This document shows, one piece after another, positions 1 to 12,222 of a DNA stretch of 64,000 bases. This stretch comes from Octopus sinensis. Taxonomy: Eukaryota. A program made the position numbers and the translations under genes. The number at the start of each line of letters is the position of its first letter. Within the stretch, counting starts at the first letter, position 1. Below the pieces are notes generated by a model. That model worked only from the letters and a program-made list of their open reading frames with translations, was not told the DNA's origin and did no database searches. Location of the stretch: NCBI RefSeq assembly GCF_006345805.1, contig NC_043019.1, positions 21,699,360 through 21,763,359 of the forward strand. The letters run 5' to 3'.

Positions 1-888
1 TAAATAAAAGAAAAATTGTTTAAGTGAAAGAGGAGTCATATTTAAAAGGAAATAAATTAATTTATGATTTTAACAATGGTGAATACAAGCAAAATATTAT
101 AGAGTAATGCTTTTCTCTCTTAGCAGAAACAGCAGTAAGCTTATGAATTAAATAACTAGTTTTCCTTTGTTATTTATTCTTAGAATAAACTGTTATTAAA
201 TGGAACCCTGAGATTCCTCAGAAACTATTTTGTTGTTTACAATGAATTGGAAGATTATGTGGGATTAAGTGGGTGCTTGTATTAATTAAGTTTTACTCCT
301 GATTTGGTTATTGTACAATTTCAGTTTTAAACAAAAGATAGCACACAATCACACATTGTTAAATCAATGCCACCATAAGACACATGACAAGCTAATGAAG
401 GACTTCTTTGCAAAGTCACTTGACATGCTAGATGCAACAGCTAAGCTTCCACCAAAATCATACTCTTGAAAATGGTACATAACCAACAAAATTATCATAA
501 TACACATCACATAACATACACACACGTCCAATATAAAAACGTTCAACCCTGAAAGAAATGCATTTGAATGCACACATACATGCACACACACACACACACA
601 TACAGAGAGAGAGAGAGAGAATAGTATTTCAGAATATGAAATCATGTAGCAAAAAGTCCAAGTTCTTTACGAAGCTGTAATGGATTAGGTTTCAATCAAT
701 AGTTATGATTGATAATATATTGAATGTGGTAGTGTTGATTGAAATAAAGATGGAGTTTGGATTCAGACAACATCACCAATATCTTTTCGATATAGTTCTG
801 AAGCCATTTTGTACTAAAAACTTATAATCTCATTCTTTCAATCAGTTTTAAACACACACATACACCCAGTGCAATTTATGTCTCTGTA

Positions 889-1145
889 CTGGTGGTAGGT
901 AAAAAGCACCATCCAAACGTGGCTGATACCAGCGCTGCTTTGACTGGCTTCTGTGCCGGTGGCACGTAAAAAGCACCCACTACACTCACGGAGTGATTGG
1001 CATTAGGAAGGGCATCCAGCTGTAGAAACGCTGCCAGTTCAGACTGGAGCCTGGTGCAGCCTCCTGGCTTCCCAGACCCTGGTCAAACCGTCCAACCCAT
1101 GCTAGCATGGAAAACAGGCGTTAAACGATGATGATGATGATGATG
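889..1145 (+). mobile_element. SINE-C 3' part ((GAT)n-tailed family)
   Basis: Motif ggcattaggaagggcatccagctgtagaaa...gtccaacccatgctagcatggaaa...gttaaacgatgatgat, recurring at 17520-17852, 35393-35610(-), 38116-38423(-), 48420-48598, 52411-52587 and 61138-61287. Confidence 0.8.
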
Positions 1146-1149
1146 CTTT

Positions 1150-1700
1150 ATCTTTTACTTGTTTCAGTCACCTGGACAGCAGCCAGACTGGAGCACCACC
1201 TTGAAGAGTTTAGTTAAAGAAATAAACCCCAGGACTTATTTTATTTTAAGCCTGGTATTTATGCTATCAGTCGCTTTTTGTCAAACTGCTGAGTTACAGG
1301 GTTGTAAACAAACCAACACTGATTGTCAAGTGGTGGTGGTGGCGGACAAACACAAAGACACACATCATTATCATCATCATTGTTCGACCGCGGTCGACAC
1401 AATGGAATTTACCATGCTACACCAGACTTCACGGTCCATCATAGCATTACAGAGGTCCTGTTGCTGGATGCCTGTATCCTTGGAGATTACATCAGGGTAG
1501 GAGAGTGTGCGCCTTCTGGCATTGCGAGTAGATGGCTTCCAGAGGAGAAGATCACATAAAATGGGCTTCTTTTGGTTTCCATCTACCAAATCCACTTACA
1601 AGGTTTTGATCAGCCCAGGGCTATGGTGGAAGGCTCTTGTGCAGGATGCTACACAGTAGGATGAACACAAAATGACATGATCAGGAAGCAAACTTCTCAC
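1150..1700 (-). mobile_element. SINE-A copy interrupted by an RTE-like LINE 3' end
   Basis: Matches the SINE-A sequence at 51231-51702 on both sides of 1366-1556. Confidence 0.75.
1366..1556 (-). mobile_element. RTE-like LINE, 5'-truncated 3' terminus nested in SINE-A
   Basis: DLLLWKPS..RRRTLSYPDVISKDTG..DLCNAMMDREVWCSMV is typical of the RTE ORF C-terminus; it is followed by a (TGA)n tail. Confidence 0.75.
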
Positions 1701-2170
1701 CACACAGCACATCTGAACCTATAAAAGAGTTATTTCAAAATTTCTTTTCCTCTTTTCCTTTGCAACTTTAACCAGATGTAATAAACGAAGTAACAGTAAA
1801 ATTTGAATTTAAGAAATAAATTAAACAAAAAAAACATAAAGAGATGCAGCACGGATTTTTGTCAGTGAACAGGTTGCGGTCTTATAGCGAAGAAAATATT
1901 TTGACAAATTAAACTTAAATATTGAAGTGAATCGAACGGCTTTTGTGTGTTTCTTAAATGGCTTACAAACACTTTCCACGCTGCAATTGTTTTCGTTTCA
2001 GCACACGATCTCAGATTAAATCACTTGCTATGCAAGTACATCTCAGTAAAAAAAATTATATAATATATATAAAATATAGAACATGAGAGATTGAAATTAG
2101 AGAAGGAAGAAAGGTGAATGAAGAGATAGAAAGGAAAGAGAAAAAAATATAAGAAAGCTGTTTGTCTTAC

Positions 2171-2306
2171 CAAGATATTGCTGCAGTAGTTCATACTTGG
2201 TTCCATGCTTATAACGAATGAGTTTTAAGTTAACAGTGCGATCTGTCTGCTGTAAAAGTTTCACGGCATCACTGTTCGAAAAGCCGTTCAGAGATTTCCC
2301 ATCAAC
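2171..2306 (-). CDS. PATJ: PATJ/MPDZ-like exon E (end of PDZ3)
   Basis: ttccag|GTT GAT ... TAT CTT G|gtaaga; 136 nt, phase 0-1; VDGKSLNGFSNSDAVKLLQQTDRTVNLKLIRYKHGTKYELLQQYL. The gene probably continues beyond position 1. Confidence 0.93.
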
Positions 2307-2669
2307 CTGGAATGGAACAGAATTGAAAAGGAAATGAGAAAGAGAGAGAGAGAGAGAGGATATTGATGACATCAAAGTTCTAAAATGCTCACTAAACACT
2401 TTTTTAACTTAAACTTATGAAATCAGAATTTTGTGAAAAATTCTCATTGATAGGTACAAATATGGCTCAAGATGCTACACATTGAGAATAAACCCAGAAC
2501 TATGCGGGTCGTAAAAGAAACCTCTTAATTACACACCCATATCTGCATTCATAATGTGTTGTTGATGTCTTTCAGAAAGTCACAGTTACCTTTTATATCC
2601 ATCTCTATCCTATCCTTAGAGTAATTGCATCCCAAGCCTCCCTAGACAACACAATGGTGTATGCCATAC

Positions 2670-3152
2670 CAAGGCGGTGAGCTGGCAGAAACGTTAGCGC
2701 GCCGGGTGAAATGCTTAGTGGTATTTTATCTGCCATATAAGGCGGCAAGCTGGCAGAAACGTTAGCACGCCGGGCGAAATGCTTAGCGGTATTTCGGCTG
2801 CTGTTACGTTGTGAGTTCAAATTCCGCCGAGGTCGACTTTGCCTTTCATCCTTTCAGGGTCGATAAATTAAGTACCAGTTACATACTGGGATCGATGTAA
2901 TTGACTTAATACTTATGTCTGTCCTTGTTTGTCCCCTCTATGTTTAGCCCCTTGAGGGTAATAAAGAAATACGTATTTTATCTGCCATTATGTTCAGAGT
3001 TCAAATTCTGCCGAGGTCAACTTTGCCTTTCATCCTTTCAGGGTAGATTAAATAAGTACCAGTTATGCACTGGGGTCGATATAATCGACTTAATCCCTTT
3101 GTCCTTGTTTGTCCCCTCTATGTTTAGCCCCTTGTGGGCAGTAAAGAAATAT
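2670..3152 (+). mobile_element. SINE-B nested in SINE-B (inner copy 2737-2972)
   Basis: Two heads (ggcggcaagctggcagaaacgttagc) and two tails (gtaaagaaata); 16-bp TSD gtattttatctgccat at 2721-2736 and 2973-2988. Confidence 0.85.
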
Positions 3153-3436
3153 ATATGCTATTCCAGTGAAGGTGTGTGGCATAGCAGTTTCACTGCTGGG
3201 CTCATAATCATTAAGCTTAGGTTAAGATTGTCAGATTATGTGTTACATTGTTCTTTGAGCAAGATCATTTATTTCCTCCTGCTTCAGTTGATCCATCTAA
3301 AAACGAGTACTAAATAACGGCTCAATAGTCTTATACACTCAGTTGTTTAAATGCTATGGAAACTGGGATGAGTCCTCGTCTAATGGACCTGAAGGCTTGA
3401 AACAAATTTAACACCATTCCTATTTCTGTATAATGT

Positions 3437-3690
3437 GAAAGTGTGTCACCTAGTAGCTAGTGTGTTGCACTCACAATTACAAGATCATGGTTTCAATTCA
3501 CAGGAAGAGCATTATTGTATCCTTGAGCAAAACACATCACATCATTCCAGTCACTCACCTATAAACGAATAGCCCTGCAACAGACTGGCATCCCATTCAG
3601 GGGTGGTGCTGTGATCTCAAATCACTTATACATCATGGAAACAGAGTAACTAGCCCTATGAGTCCTAAGACTCAGGATAGAACTTACTAT
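3437..3690 (+). mobile_element. Old tRNA-derived SINE with V-domain-like core
   Basis: Degenerate tRNA-like head, then ccttgagcaaaacac and ccctgcaacagactggcatcccattcagggg, resembling the cores of ancient metazoan SINEs (recalled). A similar decayed head lies at 3168-3310. Confidence 0.5.
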
Positions 3691-4136
3691 TCCTGTATAC
3701 CTACCTGTCATATTCTATAATAATGCTGTTCTAGCAAAACCACAAATAAGGTGTTAGAAAATAAATTCTAAATTCACAACAATCACATTTCATCATTGAC
3801 AATATTAAAAATATTAACAATAAGTATTTTTTTTTTGTAAAAAGAGAATTTTAGTTTATTTGTTATTTTACACCTGCTTCATCACTATTTCATTGTAATC
3901 AGTTAATATATTTTCTAGTTTCTCTATGTGAACAAAAACACAAAAAAAAGATAACTCTAGTTTCAAAATATCAGCTAACATGTGTGCTTGTATGCCTGTG
4001 TGTGTTTATGTACATATACATGTATGCGTATATATATATATACACACACACACACATACCCACACATACTTACATGTACATATATATGTGTGTGTGTGTG
4101 TGTTTGTGCATGTATATATACATACATATATATCTC

Positions 4137-4392
4137 TTTTATCTTTTACTTATTTCAGTCAATAGACTGCAGTGATGTTGGGGCACTGCCCTGAACAATT
4201 CTTTATCAAATGAGTCGTCCCCAGTACTTCTTTTAAGCCTGATACTTGTTCTATCAATCTCTATTGCTGAACTACCAAGTTGCAGGAACATAAACATACC
4301 AACAACAGTTGTCAAGTAATGATGGGAGAAATACACACACAAGGACACATACACATGATGGACTTCTTTCAGTTTCTATTCACCAAATCCAT
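4137..4392 (-). mobile_element. SINE-A, 5'-truncated
   Basis: ttttacttatttcagtc...tttcagtttctattcaccaaatcca matches the SINE-A tail and core. Confidence 0.7.
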
Positions 4393-4394
4393 TG

Positions 4395-4620
4395 TGTAGA
4401 TTAAATCTAGTACCTGCCAATTTCCACCTGTTTGATCCAGTAAAGGGACAGTGTTTGGGGACAATGAGATGATGACACGGACAAACTGAAAGTGGCTGTA
4501 AAGGAGTGTTTATAACAGTGCATATCTGAATCTTTTTCAAAGGGGATTCAAGAGTTGGGTTCAACAATAATGCAAATGCATCATTTGTGATGCAGACTAT
4601 GTTGAGGAAGATGTTCATTG
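4395..4620 (+). pseudogene. Mariner transposase C-terminal remnant
   Basis: NLVPANFHLFDPVK (= DLAPSDFHLF.PLK) and CIICDADYVE (= C...GDYVE); frameshifted. Confidence 0.6.
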
Positions 4621-4932
4621 TATGAAGGAGGAGTTATTCTACAAACATGTGTAATCTGAAAGATTTACGGCAATTAATAAAACCAGTTATGCTCCTTTTA
4701 GCATTACTTTTGGTAAAACTTCATGTGTGCATGTGTGTGTAATACACACATGCATAATCAGATTGTCATCTAGTTCACATATTACTACTAAACGAGAAAC
4801 GTATTGAGAGATATTTCTAAATTATCAGAGTTTTTGGTAATATATGTATAATATATGTATGTAGTCCATAGGAACTAACATTGGTAGGATGTAGAGTGTG
4901 GAGAAGATAGACTGAGTGAATGTGTGTGTGTG

Positions 4933-5003
<71 letters not shown>

Positions 5004-6119
5004 ATATATATATACAGGAACAGAAGTCTATGAAAAATAGAAAGAGGAGAGCAAAAAACAGAGAATGAATGGGGGAAGGAGAAAGTCTTTGTGTTTTTTC
5101 TCAATAGAATAGAAATGTGCATGTGAGTGTGCATGAGCAAAAGTACATTTGTGCATGCGTGTATGTTTGTGTCTGTATAAAATGTGTTTGTGCATGAAAG
5201 TGCAAGAGTGTGTGTGTGTGTGTGTGTGCATAAATACATCTGTGCTTGATTTGAATGCGTACATGATTGTATGCACAGGCATGAATGTGCGTGTATATGC
5301 TAGAATGGCTAAGCATATATGCATACAAATCTCGGTTTATATATGAGCATGTATATATATTCAACAGACTTTTTTCAGATGCTATAGAAAACACTCACCC
5401 AGAGACACACACACAAACAAACAAACAAAACTGATACTAAAAATGATAAGTATAAGACTGAATTGAAACCATTCTTTCTGAACTGGCACTGATTAGATTT
5501 ATATGTTTGTGTGTGTGTGTGTGTATATATGTGTGTGTGTGTGTGTACATATGCACACATACACACACCTATACTCACACACAAACCACTGAAAAGAAAG
5601 TGCTAGTATCATAAACAGACAGTAAAAGACACGATACAAAAGCAAACTTAAATCAGAGAAGACAATCAGAGTGTATATATATATATATGCCTATAAAACA
5701 GCTGCCACATCATCAGCTGTTACAAAAACTTTTGGGTTTCTCCAACCAAATAACGTTCTTCCTTTCATTTAACAGGAGTGTGAGTGTCTGTGAGAGTGAG
5801 TATACCTTCTTCCTTCCATGTTGATTCACATGTTTTCAAAGACAAGCTAACTTGTGTCTGTAAGGGAAACTATGCAATCTCTCTCTGTCTCTCTCGATCT
5901 ATCTATCTATCTATCTATTGAGTCTATCTATTTGTCTATTTATAAGAAAAAGAGATGACAAAAGAAAGCAAAATATATATATATACTTATTTACACACAC
6001 TCATATATGTGTATGTACATCTTTATCTTCCTATGTATAAGACAGGTGCATCCCCAGTATGCTATAGAAAATGGATATAAAATTGATGATGATGATGGTG
6101 TGTGTGTGCAATTATATAT

Positions 6120-6492
6120 ACATCATTTTAATGTCCACTTTCCAATACTTGCATGGGTCACTTAGAATTTATTGAGCAGATAGCTTTCTACAGTTGGATG
6201 CCCTTCCTGTCACCAACCCTTATCTGTTTCCAAGCAAAGTAATATTTCTCAATGAACAGACACATTTTTGCTGAATTCTGAAAATGAATAACATTCATTT
6301 ACAGCAATCATATGATATCTAGACAATGGGATACACACACACACATACATACAACAGACTTCTTTCAGTTTCCATCTACCAAATCCACTCAGGTCTACAG
6401 AAGACACTTGCACAAGGTGCCATGTAGTGGGATTGAACCAGAAAACATATGAACAAGAAGAAAATTTCTTAAACCACATAGCCATGCCTGCA
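6120..6492 (-). mobile_element. Chimeric SINE: SINE-A head with SINE-C-type tail
   Basis: SINE-A head and core at 6350-6492 joined to an aggaagggcatccaactgtag...ggacattaaaatgatg tail. Confidence 0.65.
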
Positions 6493-6526
6493 CCTACAAA
6501 TGTTAGTATGTAGATATGTTTGCATT

Positions 6527-6566
<40 letters not shown>

Positions 6567-6569
6567 GAT

Positions 6570-6608
<39 letters not shown>

Positions 6609-6610
6609 CA

Positions 6611-6644
<34 letters not shown>

Positions 6645-6661
6645 CATATGTACATTATTTA

Positions 6662-6692
<31 letters not shown>

Positions 6693-7705
6693 TATTTTTA
6701 TATGTATGTATATATATATCTATATATACATATATATATACACATCAAAATAGAAGTAAATGCTGACAGAACAGACAAATTGGAGACAACAGACAGACAC
6801 GAATCTCAATTGCCAATATGCTTTATAGTCGTAATTAATAAATATATTTTTAAAAATGAAGTTTATTCAAATAAACTAAAACAAAACACAAGAAGAAAAA
6901 AATACAACCCACTATAAATCTGCCAATTTTTCAGAAATTATTATTGTGACAACTTTTCTCTGATAAATCTAAAACGATGGAAATATTATTTTAAAAAAAA
7001 TTTTATTTCATGATTTTCAGACAGATAATTCTCTGTCTCCTGTGATGTCTGTATTGTTGATTTCAATCAATTCATCACAGCCAAACTGGACTGGACAATG
7101 TTTTTAGAAAGTTTACATTTTATGAGTGTGTGTGTGTGTGTGTGTGTGTGCATGTGCACGTGTCTGTGGGTGCTAGAAAGTTTATATTTATGAGTGTGCA
7201 TATATAATGTATTTGGTGTGTGTGCATATATGTGTTTGGCATGCATATACTCTAGAAAGTTTACATTTCACATGAGCGTGCATGCGTTTATTATTATTTG
7301 TATGTATGTACTGCAAAGTTTAAATTTTATATGAAGGTGCATGCATTATGTACATGTGTGTTTGTGTGCGAGAAAATTTGCATTTTATATCTGTGTGTAC
7401 AATGGGTTTATTGTGTGTGCGTGTTTGTGTGGAGATGGGAAACAACTTATTAAAAACATGCATTTTGGTTTCATAGCATATTTTACTTTTAATTTCATTT
7501 ATATCACTCACACAAACTCACACACAGAGACTCACTCACTCTATCCTAACTCTGTGTATAAGAGAATGAGAAATTCTATAAAACTTGAAATTCAAATAGA
7601 TGTGTAAGAGTGTAAGTGAAAGAGAGAAAAGCAATGAGGGATATTTGTATGTATGTGTGTGTGTATATATATATATATATACACACACATATATATTTAT
7701 ATAAA

Positions 7706-7749
<44 letters not shown>

Positions 7750-8149
7750 TATTTATATATATATTTATATATATACACACACATATATATTTATATATAT
7801 ATTTATATATATACACACACACATATATTTATATATATATATATATACACACACATAGAGAGAGAGAGAAAAAGAGAAGCGGGAGAGTGAGAGGACCCAA
7901 AAAGTCGAGAGAATTCAAATACATCATAGTACAGGAATACAGCTGAGTGGTCAGGAAGTTTACTTCAAAATGAATTGGTTTTGGATTCAATAGCTGGATC
8001 CTTTCACTGTAACCTAGAGCTGGAAATTGAACAGAGAGGGAGAAAGAGGGTGGGAGAGAGAGAGAGAGAAAGTGGGGGAGAGATCCAATGATATTGAGAT
8101 GTTTCATTTCAAATTGAATGTTGTTTACAATGTAGTTAAACTTGTGATA

Positions 8150-8690
8150 TTATGTTGACAGCCTCTTCACAAGAAGAAATCAGCATTAGGATATCATCTA
8201 TATACCTGGAGGAAAAAGTTGCAAGGAATGTAGACTACTTAGCCACCCTGAGCTGGTCCATGTATGTGATGGCCAACAGATCTGACAAGCTTAACCTCCA
8301 TTAATAGTCCTAAAGTCTATTCATAGATGGAGCCACCATACTGAAAGTATGCATTGCTTACAATGGAGTTAGTTGGTAGATATCTGAGGGTATAAGACAA
8401 AAGTGGTAGAGGTTGACGGAGAGCAGGTACTGAAGTGTAGAAGAAAACCGAGTCTAGGTTAAAAGGTTTTTTTTCATTCCAAGTGTTTTAGGGCTGGGGT
8501 CTTTGAGTCTGTTATTACTTTGTTGGAGTTGTCAACATGTCCAGGACAGATGTGGAGTTAAGGCTTGAAGAATTTCAAAAGGGATTGTGATAATCTTATA
8601 AAATGCTCCATCAGTTGTAGAGCCTCTGTCTAATATTAGGTTTGTGGGCCAACATGGTGTACCAGATGAACTATAATACATGTGGTAGTT
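8150..8690 (-). pseudogene. Penelope-like reverse transcriptase remnant
   Basis: Minus strand gives NAYFQYGGSIYE, G..M, SDLLAITYMDQL and SRYIDDIL (YIDDI at 8190-8204) in the order of PLE RT motifs; stops and frameshifts present. Confidence 0.65.
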
Positions 8691-10307
8691 CCCACACCAG
8701 AAGCATGAATATTCCACAAACAAACGTATGTATTGTTAATGTAATTCTCAGGCAGAGTCAGCACATGGTGTGTCAGACAATGTGGTGCACCAGAGCACTG
8801 TATGCAATAATTTCATTATTATTATTATTATTATTATTAAATATCAAGTCTGTACTTTTTGAATTACTGCTACAATCCAAGTTGCTTCTAAAAAGTTTGT
8901 CTACCTAGTTTCTATCACAAGGTACAGGGGTCAATCCAAGGCTATAAAAACTGACATTGGCCCAAGGTGCTACCCAGTGAGACCAAACCTGAGACCTTGT
9001 GGTTGTAAAGCAAAATTCTTAACCATTTGGCCATGCTATGCCTACAACATAATACACATGCATACACACACACAGACATAGATATAGACACACATAGATA
9101 GATAGATAGATAGATATAGACATACATTCATATATATATACATACATGTGTACATATAGACATATGCGCAGAAATGCATACACTCAAATATCATATACAT
9201 AATATACATATTATATAGAGAGAGCTGAAAGGCGAAAAAAATTCCACCAACCTAGCTGTTGAAGTAAAGACATCATTGCAAGTGAAAAACGTTTCCATCA
9301 ACCAATACGTAATCAGTATACATGCCAGCATCTAACTCATGCCAGTTTATAAAACAGACGTCAAATTATCATCATATGACGATAGTGGTGACTGTGGTGG
9401 AATGATACAGAATGATTTTTGTAAAGACACTGGCAGATTATCTTTAAGAACAGATGTAGGCAAGTTCCCAAAATAGCAATATTAGGATCTGTTCATACTG
9501 TTAAGAACATTCATTCTTACAGAGTATTGGCTAATCTTGATCTTTTTTTTTTGGCTTTGTATTGTCTTTTGTTTCTTATGGATGTTTTCCAAGATGTTCC
9601 TAATTGTTTTGTTTTGTTTTTTACATGTATACAAAAGGGAAAGTATTGATGTATATTTCTGAAACCATTAATAATAAATAGTAGCAGTTATCATCACATA
9701 TTTATGAATGAGCATAAAGAAAAAAAATCTAATTAAAATTCAGTGAGGAAAAGGCCACATTAGCTCAATGACTAAAAATGATATTCATTATTAAAACAAT
9801 AATAAAAATAATAATTTGGGGAGTCAATCCAGGACATGTTCCTGTCTTATTAAGGACTCGTCAATGAAGCATAGACTTAATTGTACTTACTAAAGTGAAT
9901 GTACAATTATGCATGTGAGTAGGAATAGGAAAATACACTTATTTCCTACGCCCATTTATGTGCATTGTTGTATATCTATACAGTAATTGCATTATCATTG
10001 CTTCAGTCTATGTAATGCCAAAGAGGTCTAATAAGACTGAAACATGCCAGAAGATATTTTATTGTCCCTGATGAAATGATTACAGAAATATTAGGCATTG
10101 AGATGTATTTTTTTTCTCACTATATAAAACGCTTTAATCATTTTTTTTAATCCTCCATATATTAAATATGTAAGTGATAAGTTAACTTTTGACATTTTTT
10201 GGCTTTGTTTTTTTTCTGTAAGCAGATGATGACTCTGACAATAATTTCAGCAATTCATTTTATTAATAATAAAAATGATGAATATTATAATAATAATAAT
10301 AATAATA

Positions 10308-10578
10308 AAATATCAGGATCTAACCAGAGAGCTGAGGAGGTTGTAGAAGTCCAAAACAATTATTATTCCTGTACTAATTGGTGCACATAATTCAAAACAC
10401 TACCCAAAAGTCTGAAAGAGACTGGAATTGGAACTCACACTGTCGACCTACAGAAAAATACCATTCTATATCCTGCAAGAATCCTAAGAAAGGTTCTTGA
10501 GATTTGAGGAGACTTGTCATCAAACCTCAAAATAAAATACCTGCTAACTAAATTGGCATGCACCAGCAAAATAATAAG
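10308..10578 (+). mobile_element. R4/Dong-like RLE non-LTR retrotransposon 3' fragment
   Basis: KYQDLTRELRRL*KSKTIIIPVLIGA...TGIGTHTVDLQKNTILYPARILRKVLEI* (stop at 10505-10507); begins directly after (TAA)n at 10288-10308. Confidence 0.75.
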
Positions 10579-10581
10579 AAT

Positions 10582-11593
10582 TGTAATAGAGTTATGTAAG
10601 AAAGACTGCATGTTTTGTCATTATGTGTAAATGTGTTAGTGCAGAGAGAAAAAGAATCTGTAGTGTACGCTTGAGGGAAATCCTCTCTATCTGTTATATA
10701 TACATAAATACAGACGTAGTAGATAATAGCTAGCCTTTGGCTGGCCTTTTGAACCCTGTTGTGTCTACTACTCTGGTTGGTATTGGCGCAACTTGTCTCT
10801 TGCTCTATTGCATGCCAATATGCAACCCAGCCAATCACGGTCTTCTGATTAGGTCACATGAGACAGTCTCTTCTAAACTTCCGGTGAGCCGACTGCATCC
10901 TATAAAACTCTAGCTTCACATTGAGTCAAGGTCATTCGGTTCCAGCCCTTTTAAGTTCTAGCCACTGACCACACAGGACACAGCCAGTTCCAGTGACAAC
11001 ACAACAGCAGCCACATGGAGACTCATCAACTTCGTCCAGTATTCGTCCTAACATCAACATAATCTCTCTACATACACAGCAACATGCAACGCTTGCACAG
11101 GTTCCAACACACCACTGTTTGTGAATCACTTCACCATGGTTAACAGCAAATACAACCTGTGAGAACTTCCTGACCCAAGTGACCCGCAGCAACATCGTAG
11201 CCACAACTTCTCGTACGACATGTACCTCAACAGGCTCTGCATTACTGCCACAACTTCTTGATACAGCACTTTAACTATCATGTGCCTTGTCTACGAACTG
11301 GTATTTATCATCCTTGTGTCTGAACATTCTTCTAAAGTCATATTATAGACTCTTTCAATGCTCTGTACTTATCGCACACACATACACTTTGTATATATGA
11401 CAGCCTATCTATTATTATGCATATATGACGCACATGTTAACATATAAATAAAATCTCTTAAACATTCTACCCGGTTGTGTCTCTCTTTCCCTTCTGGCAC
11501 ATATATTCATTTACTCTTTTCATATTTATTGTATCGACCGTGTGATGTGCAAAGGAGCCATTCTCGTCACCTCACTTCGCACGGTCATTTACA
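10582..11593 (+). mobile_element. Probable solo LTR (~1 kb)
   Basis: TGTAA...TTACA ends (alternative start 10626, TGTAAATG/CATTTACA 8-bp IR); CCAAT at 10815 and 10831, TATAAAA at 10901, AATAAA at 11447; CpG-richer than the flanks. No clean TSD found. Confidence 0.55.
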
Positions 11594-11656
11594 AATCCCA
11601 AAGAACAGCTGAAAAGTGAAATAATTAAGTGAAAAAGAAAAGAGAATGACTCCTAC

Positions 11657-11748
11657 CTCAATAATTTGATCATTGACTTGGGTTCTTCCATCAAGGTGGG
11701 CAGCACTGCCTTCAGCTATACTTTGAACATATATTCCTGACAGTTCAT
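11657..11748 (-). CDS. PATJ: PATJ/MPDZ-like exon D (middle of PDZ3)
   Basis: ttctcag|AT GAA CTG ... ATT GAG|gtagga; 92 nt, phase 1-0; (D)ELSGIYVQSIAEGSAAHLDGRTQVNDQIIE. Absent from the ORF track; phase fits exons C and E. Confidence 0.93.
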
Positions 11749-12222
11749 CTGAGAATATAAGAAAATATGACAGATTTATTTCTCTTTAACAAACAGAGAT
11801 TGATGGTTTGAAATAAATATATTTGTGTACAGTGGAGGAAGGTGTTAAAAGGGAGAGTGAGAAAAAAAACAAAGAGATTGTAGGGAGAGAGAGAGAGAGA
11901 GAGAAGCAAAGCAAGGAAGAGGAAGGGTGAAGTCAGAGGAAAATAGACACACAGGAAGAGACATAAGGTAGACAGAGAGTGGAATAGATTGAGATAGAAG
12001 GAAAACCAAAGAAAAATACAGAAATTGAGAGAGGGGAGAAAGAGAGAGAGAGAGGTGAGAAAGGCAGGAACAGTCAGAGAGCAATTCTTCAATGACAGAT
12101 AAACAAATTGATGAAAAAAACAAAAATGTTATCTGATTCAAACCTTTGTGAATCTGGCCATACTAGAGCACCACTACCAACGCTTGTCATTCACATCTTA
12201 CATAAGTGTTCTTCTGCTTTTA

